Below, one piece after another: positions 40,345 to 48,173 of a stretch of DNA of 52,697 bases. The stretch is taken from the IMG/VR virus record IMGVR_UViG_3300026097_001084, positions 1 to 52,697 of that record; one strand, given 5' to 3'. The number at the start of each line of letters is the position of its first letter. Positions within the stretch are counted from its first letter, which is position 1. The notes beneath the pieces were generated by a model, which saw only the letters and a list, made by a program, of their open reading frames with translations, did no database searches and was not told where the DNA came from. Made by a program: the position numbers and the translations under genes. The stretch is from a virus. Taxonomy: Duplodnaviria; Caudoviricetes.

Positions 40345-41169
40345 TTACGAGTTGAATAAGTCATCAAATGCAGCAGCTACATCATCTGTTTTCTTTTCTG
40401 ATACTTGTTGAGAAACAGATTGAGAACCACCCATATCTTCAGATACAGCTTCAGTTGATTCTGCTTTTTGATTAAAGATAGGTTCTGAGTTTGATACTTG
40501 TCCAGCTCCTTCATCTGTTGGATTCAACCATCCCTCTAATACACCTTTTAATTCATCGTAAGATAACTCTGAATATAAATCGGTAATTTCAGTTTGATTT
40601 TCAATGAAATCTTTTGCACGAGTTGCATCTTCTGAAATTGGAGATTCTTTTGGTTTTACTCTAATAGTAGTTGTTGGATAAGAAGTACCCGCATCTTCTG
40701 CTGATGTGTACTCGATAGTTAAATCTCTACCACTTGTTGGGTCAGTAATATCACCATAGTCTGGATCCGCAATATAACCAAGAATTTCTTGATATACAGT
40801 TTTACCGAATCCCCAAAAACGAACTCCTTCTCCTTCTTCACCTCTTACGATAACAGGTACGAAAGTTCTCAACTTTGGCTCCATCGCTTTTGCGGCTTTC
40901 CAATCCTCTTTATCACCCATTCTTTTAAGTTTTTCAGCAAACTCAACAATAGGGTCAGGTCTACCGAAAGACATCGGAGAAAGATAAGTTTTGTTGTTAA
41001 TGTTGTAGTGGAAATAAAGTTCGATGAAAGGGTTATCTTTGTTGAACTTGTAAGGTGCAATCCTAACTTGGTGTTTACCTGGAGTTGGTTTCCAGAGGTT
41101 ATCGGATTTGCGTTGTGTGTTTTGTAGTTTGTTCAGTCTACCTCTGATTGCGTTAATGTCTAAAGCCAT
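40345..41169 (-). CDS. single-stranded DNA-binding protein (gp32-like)
   Basis: WKPTPG, PFIELYFHY, DITDPTSGRD, acidic tail AFDDLF; adjacent to recA. Confidence 0.85.
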   Translation of the reverse strand: MALDINAIRGRLNKLQNTQRKSDNLWKPTPGKHQVRIAPYKFNKDNPFIELYFHYNINNKTYLSPMSFGRPDPIVEFAEKLKRMGDKEDWKAAKAMEPKLRTFVPVIVRGEEGEGVRFWGFGKTVYQEILGYIADPDYGDITDPTSGRDLTIEYTSAEDAGTSYPTTTIRVKPKESPISEDATRAKDFIENQTEITDLYSELSYDELKGVLEGWLNPTDEGAGQVSNSEPIFNQKAESTEAVSEDMGGSQSVSQQVSEKKTDDVAAAFDDLFNS

Positions 41170-41247
41170 CTTGTTTAAATTTAAATGTTAATTATTAAGT
41201 GTTTTACGGTTTTATTTACGAGTCTTTTCCTACTCGCGGTGTGTACA

Positions 41248-41255
41248 TATAAGTA
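41248..41255 (-). promoter_or_regulatory. TACTTATA element (putative phage late-type promoter)
   Basis: Recurrent motif, upstream of the SSB leader hairpin. Confidence 0.45.
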
Positions 41256-41314
41256 TAAGATTTACCGATTTTCTTACACTTTTTTTGTTAAAGTTATTAA
41301 CTATTTTATTGATA

Positions 41315-41346
41315 CAAAGATACGAAAGTTTATTCAAACTTCCTAA
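41315..41346 (-). promoter_or_regulatory. Bacteroidota sigma-A type promoter
   Basis: TTAG-N20-TATCTTTG. Confidence 0.7.
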
Positions 41347-41357
41347 TATTTTTTGAA

Positions 41358-41801
41358 TTATTTTCCCCACTTACCACTCTTGACAATTTGGGCAATGATT
41401 CCATATACTGAAAGGTCTTGATAAGTATCATTTATAGATTCTCCTACATTATCTTTACCACCTAAAACTACGAGTTGTTTTAATCTCATAATTTTATCGT
41501 TCATTCTGAACCAAAGACCGGTGAGTGATACTTTCTGTTCTTCATCAGTTTCTAATTTAGAACCCAACGAAATATTTTCTGGACCGTAATTACTTTGTTT
41601 TTTACAGAACAGCTCATATTGGTCGAATAGAATTCGTTTGAATTCCATTGTCATTTCAGGATAAAGTTTTTCCACCTCATCCACTATTTCAGGATTATCA
41701 TATCTGATAACCTCATATTCTTGTTCACCAATAGGTTTGATGTTTAATTTATGTTCCCTCTTATTTGTTACAGTTGGGGAGGGGGTAGTTTTTTTAGCCA
41801 T
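41358..41801 (-). CDS. DUF1599 / nucleotide-modification-associated domain protein
   Basis: FCKKQSNYG...RMNDKIMRL...ESINDTYQDLSVYGII (MazG/dUTPase-like all-alpha fold). Confidence 0.8.
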   Translation of the reverse strand: MAKKTTPSPTVTNKREHKLNIKPIGEQEYEVIRYDNPEIVDEVEKLYPEMTMEFKRILFDQYELFCKKQSNYGPENISLGSKLETDEEQKVSLTGLWFRMNDKIMRLKQLVVLGGKDNVGESINDTYQDLSVYGIIAQIVKSGKWGK

Positions 41802-41825
41802 ATATAACTTATTTATTTTGTTTTA

Positions 41826-41857
41826 CAAAGATACGATATTTTTTTGAAGTATCCAAA
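41826..41857 (-). promoter_or_regulatory. Bacteroidota sigma-A type promoter
   Basis: TTTG-N20-TATCTTTG. Confidence 0.8.
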
Positions 41858-41862
41858 TATAA

Positions 41863-42525
41863 TTACATTAAAGTATTGATTATTTTTACTTCATAATCCG
41901 ATTTATGATAAAAATTACCTGAAAATGATATACGTTCTTCATCGGATGTGTAAAATGGATACACACAATGTCCTAAATTTGCTGGAAAAATTAATAAGGT
42001 ACCCTCCATGGTAGTATCACCTGGTATTATTTTCGTATCAACTTTACCTGGTGCAATATCATAAATAAATGCAAAGCTACCATTAGTTTTTAAGTTATCA
42101 TTTTTTCCTGGTCCTATTTTATCTTCATTTTCTTTCTTATATGGAATTTTATACCAGATAACAAATGAAAAATCTCCACTATGATGGTGTATTGGATTAT
42201 ATTCTAATTTCTTTTGAAAGTTTACCCAAGAATCTTCCCTAAATCTAAATTCAAAATTAGTATATGATTTTGGGGTTGTGTAAGTGGATTCTATATTAGT
42301 AATCTGAGGTTTATATTTTCTCAACGTATCAAACAAAAAATCTTTTATTTCTTGTGGATATTCTATATTATACTCATCATCTATTTGACCAGCTAGTTTA
42401 TGATTTAAATCTAACGATGAATCATCTCTATTTAATTTACTTAAAACATCACCCAACATCTCCATTTGAGATTCAGATAATTTTTCCATAATTGCCCAAT
42501 CGGTAGGCGATAATTGTTTTATCAT
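41863..42525 (-). CDS. 2OG-Fe(II) oxygenase
   Basis: WVNFQ...NPIHHHSG, IFPANLGHCVYP, RISFSGN; start set at ATG 42525 just after the upstream small ORF. Confidence 0.88.
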   Translation of the reverse strand: MIKQLSPTDWAIMEKLSESQMEMLGDVLSKLNRDDSSLDLNHKLAGQIDDEYNIEYPQEIKDFLFDTLRKYKPQITNIESTYTTPKSYTNFEFRFREDSWVNFQKKLEYNPIHHHSGDFSFVIWYKIPYKKENEDKIGPGKNDNLKTNGSFAFIYDIAPGKVDTKIIPGDTTMEGTLLIFPANLGHCVYPFYTSDEERISFSGNFYHKSDYEVKIINTLM

Positions 42526-42526
42526 A

Positions 42527-42661
42527 TTACTCTTCTTCAAAAATTGAATCTAAAGATTGTTGTAGTTTTTGGATTTTTAATTTGTCATCCACCGAAGGAG
42601 TTTTTATAGTCTTTAACTTTAAAAGTTCTTCTGTCATTTGTTTTAATTGGTCTGATAACAT
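42527..42661 (-). CDS. small hypothetical coiled-coil protein (44 aa)
   Basis: Manual translation MLSDQLKQMTEELLKLKTIKTPSVDDKLKIQKLQQSLDSIFEEE*. Confidence 0.55.
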   Translation of the reverse strand: MLSDQLKQMTEELLKLKTIKTPSVDDKLKIQKLQQSLDSIFEEE

Positions 42662-42672
42662 ATAGATAATTT

Positions 42673-43038
42673 TTAAATAAATGATTTCCAATTTTCTTCT
42701 TCGTTGAAAGCAGCTACTTCATATGGGTGGTCATTATAATTATAACCCATGTTATAATATCGTTTCATCCAAGAAGGAGATTGTAAGTAATGCTGATACT
42801 CGTGAACTAAGGTACGAATAAGGACTTCTAAGGAAGGAATGTTCTTCCAATATAAAGTTACCTCGTTCATCATAGAACAATACTCCCCATAGAGGTCTTT
42901 CGGTACTTCCTCATCAGAAAAGGGAGTATCTTCGATTGCAATATAAGGTGGGGTTTGATGATGTTTAGATTCACCATAGTGATTTATAACTTTGTTATAA
43001 ACATCTTCTGTAACTTGTTGAATTTCTTTACGGGTCAT
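42673..43038 (-). CDS. zincin-like metallopeptidase
   Basis: TLVHEYQHYLQ (HExxH) plus PYEVAA third ligand. Confidence 0.8.
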   Translation of the reverse strand: MTRKEIQQVTEDVYNKVINHYGESKHHQTPPYIAIEDTPFSDEEVPKDLYGEYCSMMNEVTLYWKNIPSLEVLIRTLVHEYQHYLQSPSWMKRYYNMGYNYNDHPYEVAAFNEEENWKSFI

Positions 43039-43056
43039 ATCTTATCTTTTACCATG

Positions 43057-43088
43057 TAAAGATAGTAAAAAGATTTCAGATATCCAAA
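43057..43088 (-). promoter_or_regulatory. Bacteroidota sigma-A type promoter
   Basis: TTTG-N20-TATCTTTA. Confidence 0.7.
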
Positions 43089-43099
43089 TCTTTTTAAAT

Positions 43100-43131
43100 A
43101 AAAACCCATATAAATTATTACATGGGTTTTT
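43100..43131 (-). terminator. intrinsic terminator (possibly bidirectional) closing the halogenase/ATP-grasp unit
   Basis: Minus strand AAAAACCCATGTAA-TAAT-TTATATGGGTTTTT, 14-bp stem with one G-U. Confidence 0.85.
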
Positions 43132-43149
43132 GTTTGTATTTGTGTTTGA

Positions 43150-43287
43150 TTAAGATAAATGCTTTTCCTTAATTCTATCCACCACTTCAGCAAAAGCAGT
43201 ATTTAATTTTAAATTTAACTCAGCTGAAACTGGAGTTATTCTTGATTTAATTAATTCGTCTGTTCTACTTTCTCTTGTATTTTCCAT
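43150..43287 (-). CDS. small hypothetical protein (45 aa)
   Basis: Manual translation MENTRESRTDELIKSRITPVSAELNLKLNTAFAEVVDRIKEKHLS*, between the ATP-grasp-Hint gene and the terminator. Confidence 0.6.
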   Translation of the reverse strand: MENTRESRTDELIKSRITPVSAELNLKLNTAFAEVVDRIKEKHLS

Positions 43288-43307
43288 TATAATATACCTT
43301 TTTTAAA

Positions 43308-44813
43308 TTATTTTTGTCCACCACTACCAAATCCACATCCGATACATGAGGAATCACACCAATAGTTACCACATGCTGACCAAGAACACCCCGTACATAC
43401 GTTGTGCATGATAGTAAAATCATCATTATCAATATCAACTAAGAAATAATCGAATGGTTCAAAATCTAAGTTATAGATACTTTGATTTTCACTATATACA
43501 ATATCTAATGAAGTGATTTCTTTTTTAGAAAGTTCACCATTTGTTTTGTTGTATGTTAAAATTTTATCACCAACTACAAATTTATTAACCGCCTCAAAGT
43601 AAGTCATATCAGAACCAGAAGCCTCAATATAATACATACACGTGGCAGTATCTAACCATTTTTGACCAGTCTCTAATCCAACTTCAATCATAAGTACATC
43701 TGTTACCTGTGATTGTGTTGAAATCAATTCAGAGTTAACTTCTTGTAAAGATGAACTCGTAAAGTCAATGGAGCCATAGTGAGTTTCAAACTCTTCGGTT
43801 ATTTTAGAACCTGATTCAGGTCCACCTGCAATAAAATCAAAAGTTAGTGTTCTGATATTATCACCGATATTCAAATCAACTACATTACTAATTGTACCAT
43901 CTGCCATCAATATATCACTCTCAATATCCGTGTGATATGTCATTTTAATAGACCTTACAACATTTTTAGTAATATACTTTGCTCTTGTTTTGTTATTATA
44001 TTCTTTGGTAGCTTCCAAGAGTGTACTTGGTGTAAAATCCATATCAACTACACTTGATATTTTATATGCACCCAAATTAAGTATATCCAATGTAGAACCA
44101 AATATTACATCATAACTACGAATAGTTGAATAGTAATTATTAATAACATTAGCATCATCATAAATAAATTCTTGAAGTAAGTTATCTTGACTATCTAGTA
44201 ATTCTTTTTGAGTAGATACTTCTTCATCACTATTCACTTTAAATATCTTAGGTAATGAATTTAAATCATAGTTTGGATATCTACTTTTTTCCAATAAGTT
44301 AGGATGATTTCCTAAAGTATAATCAACATCAGATAATTCATCTAAAAATAACTCATCATCCGATGATGAAAAATATGTTTTAGGTATATGAGATGAACCA
44401 CTCATTAAACTAAAAAATTCAAATTTATCTGCGGTGTATAATGAATCTACAATTGCAGAAGTATCAAATGCTTGTCTTAAAATAAATTTATTATCAGAAT
44501 CTTCAATTACAGGAACTGTAATTGAATTTTTTGGAACTATATATTCGTTATATGAAATATTATTATCGTTACATAGTTGTTTCAATTTACTAACAACACT
44601 ATTTTCCGTTTTTCCAGATGGTGCAACTGATGTTAATTCAGTATATATGTAATGAAATTCGGTAATGTTATTTGATACCATAGTATCAAATAGTGGTTGA
44701 AAATTTAAATAATCTACACCATCATGATATATAGCAGTGTTAGTATTTATTTCTAATATTTTTACCGAATCCCCTTGTTCGAGGTAATCGGTTCCAATTA
44801 GTGTTCCTTTCAT
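43308..44813 (-). CDS. circularly permuted ATP-grasp-like domain + Hint (intein-like) domain + C-terminal Cys-rich peptide
   Basis: N-terminal GTDY...KILEINTN, DKFEF...IPKTY, LLEK, LLQEFI; Hint ILMADGT...DLNIGDNI, VGDKI, YNLDFEPFDYFLV...IMHN; then VCTGCSWSACGNYWCDSSCIGCGFGSGGQK. Confidence 0.75.
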   Translation of the reverse strand: MKGTLIGTDYLEQGDSVKILEINTNTAIYHDGVDYLNFQPLFDTMVSNNITEFHYIYTELTSVAPSGKTENSVVSKLKQLCNDNNISYNEYIVPKNSITVPVIEDSDNKFILRQAFDTSAIVDSLYTADKFEFFSLMSGSSHIPKTYFSSSDDELFLDELSDVDYTLGNHPNLLEKSRYPNYDLNSLPKIFKVNSDEEVSTQKELLDSQDNLLQEFIYDDANVINNYYSTIRSYDVIFGSTLDILNLGAYKISSVVDMDFTPSTLLEATKEYNNKTRAKYITKNVVRSIKMTYHTDIESDILMADGTISNVVDLNIGDNIRTLTFDFIAGGPESGSKITEEFETHYGSIDFTSSSLQEVNSELISTQSQVTDVLMIEVGLETGQKWLDTATCMYYIEASGSDMTYFEAVNKFVVGDKILTYNKTNGELSKKEITSLDIVYSENQSIYNLDFEPFDYFLVDIDNDDFTIMHNVCTGCSWSACGNYWCDSSCIGCGFGSGGQK

Positions 44814-44841
44814 ATCGTAAAAATTCCCTTTTTGTTATGTT

Positions 44842-44849
44842 TATAAATA
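44842..44849 (-). promoter_or_regulatory. TATTTATA element (putative phage late-type promoter)
   Basis: Recurrent motif upstream of 44813. Confidence 0.45.
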
Positions 44850-44858
44850 TATAGTTTC

Positions 44859-45146
44859 TTAAAATAAAGTACTTGTATTTTTTTTAGATGGGTTTAAACC
44901 ATGAGTTTTATCTATATTTTTCCATTTTTCTTTTGGACATGGGTTAGTTGCGGTTGAATATATTTTCTTTTTTAAAGGACACCCACATGCACCACATACC
45001 AAAGACCAATCTTTACTGGATATGGTTTCTCTCTTAAATTCACATTGTAAACAAACTTCAAATCTAGCATTTGCAAGAGATAATTGTTCATCCGTTGGAT
45101 TAATGGAACGAACCCATGAATTAAATATATCCTTTACATCTATCAT
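44859..45146 (-). CDS. small Cys-rich metal-binding protein (DUF6171-like)
   Basis: RFEVCLQCE...CGACGCPLKKK...CPKEKW. Confidence 0.7.
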   Translation of the reverse strand: MIDVKDIFNSWVRSINPTDEQLSLANARFEVCLQCEFKRETISSKDWSLVCGACGCPLKKKIYSTATNPCPKEKWKNIDKTHGLNPSKKNTSTLF

Positions 45147-45766
45147 ATTAGTATTTTCTTTTCAGAATATTCAGATAAGTTTATGGTTAAATTAGAACAA
45201 ACCGCAATTCTTTCTTCTTTTGAATGATGAATAAAGTTTGGTTTATGTAAATAAGTAGGATTAAAAAATAAAATATCACCAGTTCTTGGCAAAATGGATA
45301 CTTCTTCTCCGTTTTTATCTTTAAAAACCAATTTACCATCTTCACCATTTAAATCACTTGGTACATTTAAATAAACACAATAAGATATATCTGTTTTTAT
45401 ATTAGGAATTGGTACTGAATTAGATGTTGTTATTGTAATTAGATGATTATGAAATATTTCCGCTTCACCTAAATTTATATTAGTATTTCTATTAGAAGCA
45501 TATATCCAATGTTGTTCTACATAATTTGATAATGAATCAAATGTATGACCGAGAACTTGAATAGCTAAATCTCTACAATATGATTTTAATGAATTAATTT
45601 CCTTACTTTGAATTACAAAGTTACTTGTAGTAAAATCCGATAAAGAAGCATGTGATAGATTTTGCTTAACTCGATTTATCAGTATATCTTTTGGATATCT
45701 CCAATTGTATTGAGAACGATGTATTGTTATGTTATCGTTAAGTTTTATTTCTTCTATATTACTCAT
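45143..45766 (-). CDS. 2OG-Fe(II) oxygenase
   Basis: FHNH, YCVYLNVP, GKLVF, GDILFFNPTYLH, RIAVCSN. Confidence 0.85.
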   Translation of the reverse strand: MSNIEEIKLNDNITIHRSQYNWRYPKDILINRVKQNLSHASLSDFTTSNFVIQSKEINSLKSYCRDLAIQVLGHTFDSLSNYVEQHWIYASNRNTNINLGEAEIFHNHLITITTSNSVPIPNIKTDISYCVYLNVPSDLNGEDGKLVFKDKNGEEVSILPRTGDILFFNPTYLHKPNFIHHSKEERIAVCSNLTINLSEYSEKKILI

Positions 45767-45767
45767 A

Positions 45768-46991
45768 TTAAAATAATTGATTTTTTATTCTTTTAAAATT
45801 TCCCTTACTTAAAATCAGATAACTTGGAACCGAAAATACATTATCGATTACAGGTATTTCTAATATTTTTCTTAATTTATTTTCATCCAACACTTTCAAT
45901 CTATTATTAGAATCTAATAAATTCTGTAATTTAAGTGGTAAATCATGTGTTTTGTAATCTTGCCAAAATTTAGTATCGTTTCTATCACATACATAATGAT
46001 ATTTGATAAAGTTTAAAACTTGTTCATTTACATTTCTAATATGAGTGTTATAAAAATCCCTCTCATCATTTATCAATTGTTTACCATACAAAGCCTCTAA
46101 TTGAATTATAATTGTCATAATTGAAGTTGCCTCTAATGGTTCAAAGAACCCCCCACTTAATCCAATTGAAATACAATTTCCTTTCCACACTTCTTTAAAG
46201 TAACCAGATTCAAATGATATACGTTTTTTAAAATCAATTGATTTACCCAAGTATTCTTCAACTTCTTTTTTTGCATCATCATCTGATACATAATTTGAAT
46301 CAAATACATATCCACATCCCATTCTATCTTGTAATGGTATTCTCCACAACCACCCATATTTCATGGTTATTGCATCGGTTCGTGTATTTGAATTTGAAAA
46401 TAATGGAGTATCGTTTGGTAAATAAAATGGTAGTGCGGAATTAAGAGTAAGATATTGTTTAACTGATATCCATTCTGATTTCATTTGTTTATCCAATACT
46501 AAACGAGAAAACCCACTACAATCAAATATAAAATCAGTATCAACTACACCATTATCTTTTAAATATATTTGGTGAATATTTTCTCCTTTAAATTTAAAAT
46601 CAATAACATCATCTTGAATATAGTTTATACCACGTTCTTTAGCTATATTTTTAAAGTACTCACCCAATGTGTAGGTATCAAAGTGATATGCATAATTTGA
46701 ACTATTGGTGGTGTAGAAATCATGGTTAAAGAAATTATCATCTCCACACCAATTTTTAAAGTGAATACCCACTTTTCTAGTTGAATTAGTATTTTTCTGA
46801 AAATCTTGTTCGTTAATTCCCAATCTATCAAAAAATCTACGAATTACAGGAGTGGTTCCCTCACCAACACCTACAATTCCGACTGATTTACTTTCAACTA
46901 AAGTTACATTGGATTTAGAATGGAATTTGCTCAAAAATATAGCAGTTAACCAACCCGCGGTACCTCCTCCTATTATATAAATATTTTTCAT
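45768..46991 (-). CDS. flavin-dependent (tryptophan-type) halogenase
   Basis: GGGTAGW, GVGEGT, catalytic Lys position in RKVGIHF, FDCSGF, WLWRIP, FFEPLEATSI. Confidence 0.92.
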   Translation of the reverse strand: MKNIYIIGGGTAGWLTAIFLSKFHSKSNVTLVESKSVGIVGVGEGTTPVIRRFFDRLGINEQDFQKNTNSTRKVGIHFKNWCGDDNFFNHDFYTTNSSNYAYHFDTYTLGEYFKNIAKERGINYIQDDVIDFKFKGENIHQIYLKDNGVVDTDFIFDCSGFSRLVLDKQMKSEWISVKQYLTLNSALPFYLPNDTPLFSNSNTRTDAITMKYGWLWRIPLQDRMGCGYVFDSNYVSDDDAKKEVEEYLGKSIDFKKRISFESGYFKEVWKGNCISIGLSGGFFEPLEATSIMTIIIQLEALYGKQLINDERDFYNTHIRNVNEQVLNFIKYHYVCDRNDTKFWQDYKTHDLPLKLQNLLDSNNRLKVLDENKLRKILEIPVIDNVFSVPSYLILSKGNFKRIKNQLF

Positions 46992-46992
46992 A

Positions 46993-47601
46993 TTAAAATA
47001 ACCCTTTGGGGTTTGTCTTTATTACACTATTAAAGTTTACCACATATCTATCTTGTTGAGTTGGATAAGATGAATGATGAAAAATAGAACCATCAAATAC
47101 AACAACTCTACCTTTTTTTGGGGAACATGATTTTTTATGTTGAAACCTATGATATTCATTATTCTTTATATAATTCATCCATTGAAATGTATCGCCATTG
47201 ATTAAATCATAAAAATGAGTATCACCATCGGTATCATTTATATAATAGACAATAGATATATGCGGTTCATACCTATCAATATGCATTACTTTCTTATTAT
47301 CAAAGTTTTCAGGAGTATCTGAAACTCTTAACCAATTTACTTTATATCTGTAATTAGTTAAAATATCTGTATCTAATTTAGATAATGTATTATTTTGAAT
47401 TTCATTTATTAAATTATCAATACTATCATTACCAATGTTTTCAGGCCTTAGAACAGATTGTGGAGATTTTTCCGATGTTTTTAAATATTCTAAATTATTA
47501 CCATAATCCCACTTGAGATTGGTATTTTTTAAATACTTTTCTAAAAAATTTTGGTTATCTTTTGATATTATATCATCAAAAATATGAATACTATCTAACA
47601 T
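46993..47601 (-). CDS. 2OG-Fe(II) oxygenase
   Basis: MHID, VYYINDTDGDT, PKKGRVVVFDGSIFH, RYVVNFN. Confidence 0.88.
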   Translation of the reverse strand: MLDSIHIFDDIISKDNQNFLEKYLKNTNLKWDYGNNLEYLKTSEKSPQSVLRPENIGNDSIDNLINEIQNNTLSKLDTDILTNYRYKVNWLRVSDTPENFDNKKVMHIDRYEPHISIVYYINDTDGDTHFYDLINGDTFQWMNYIKNNEYHRFQHKKSCSPKKGRVVVFDGSIFHHSSYPTQQDRYVVNFNSVIKTNPKGLF

Positions 47602-47616
47602 ACAATATTATTTATA

Positions 47617-47624
47617 TATAAATA
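47617..47624 (-). promoter_or_regulatory. TATTTATA element (putative phage late-type promoter)
   Basis: Recurrent motif upstream of 47601. Confidence 0.4.
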
Positions 47625-47647
47625 TATAGATATTAAAAAGATTATAT

Positions 47648-48049
47648 TTATTTTGAATTAAATTCTATCACTTCGAAAATTCTGGTAGATATTTTCTTTG
47701 TTCCTTCGGTATTGGTTACGATGATAGAATTTTTAAATTTTTTCCAATCAATAGAAAAGGTTTTATCTAATACACCCCCATTTTCTTCCTTAACTAATTC
47801 ATTAAGGGCATTGATAGTGTATAGAGTATTACTTTCTTTTTTTCTATGAACCAAAATCGTATCACGAAGTGGGTAAGTTGGCTTATATGATGTATCTATA
47901 TTATAAGTTACAAAAAGTTCATCCAAATTACCCTTATTCTGTAAGACGTAAATATAGTTATATACTATATGATAATTTTCACGAATATTTTGGAGGGTAT
48001 TTTGTAACTCTTCTTTTGTGGTAAATGTACAAAGTAGTTGAGTACGCAT
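47648..48049 (-). CDS. hypothetical phage protein
   Basis: LLCTF...TILVHRKKESNTLYTINALN; TATTTATA element at 48079..48086 upstream. Confidence 0.75.
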   Translation of the reverse strand: MRTQLLCTFTTKEELQNTLQNIRENYHIVYNYIYVLQNKGNLDELFVTYNIDTSYKPTYPLRDTILVHRKKESNTLYTINALNELVKEENGGVLDKTFSIDWKKFKNSIIVTNTEGTKKISTRIFEVIEFNSK

Positions 48050-48173
48050 TTATATAGTCCTATTCTATTTAGTTCCTATATAAATATAATATACCTTTTT
48101 GTAAAACTATAAAATTACACTATATTCAAAAATATAGGAATGATAGTATTAATACATTAATAGTATTTAGTTT

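Noticed and set aside
43401-43934. Canonical splicing intein
   Set aside because: Lacks Cys/Ser at position 1 and the block-B His, the +1 residue is Val, and there is no homing endonuclease; treated as a cleavage-only Hint domain
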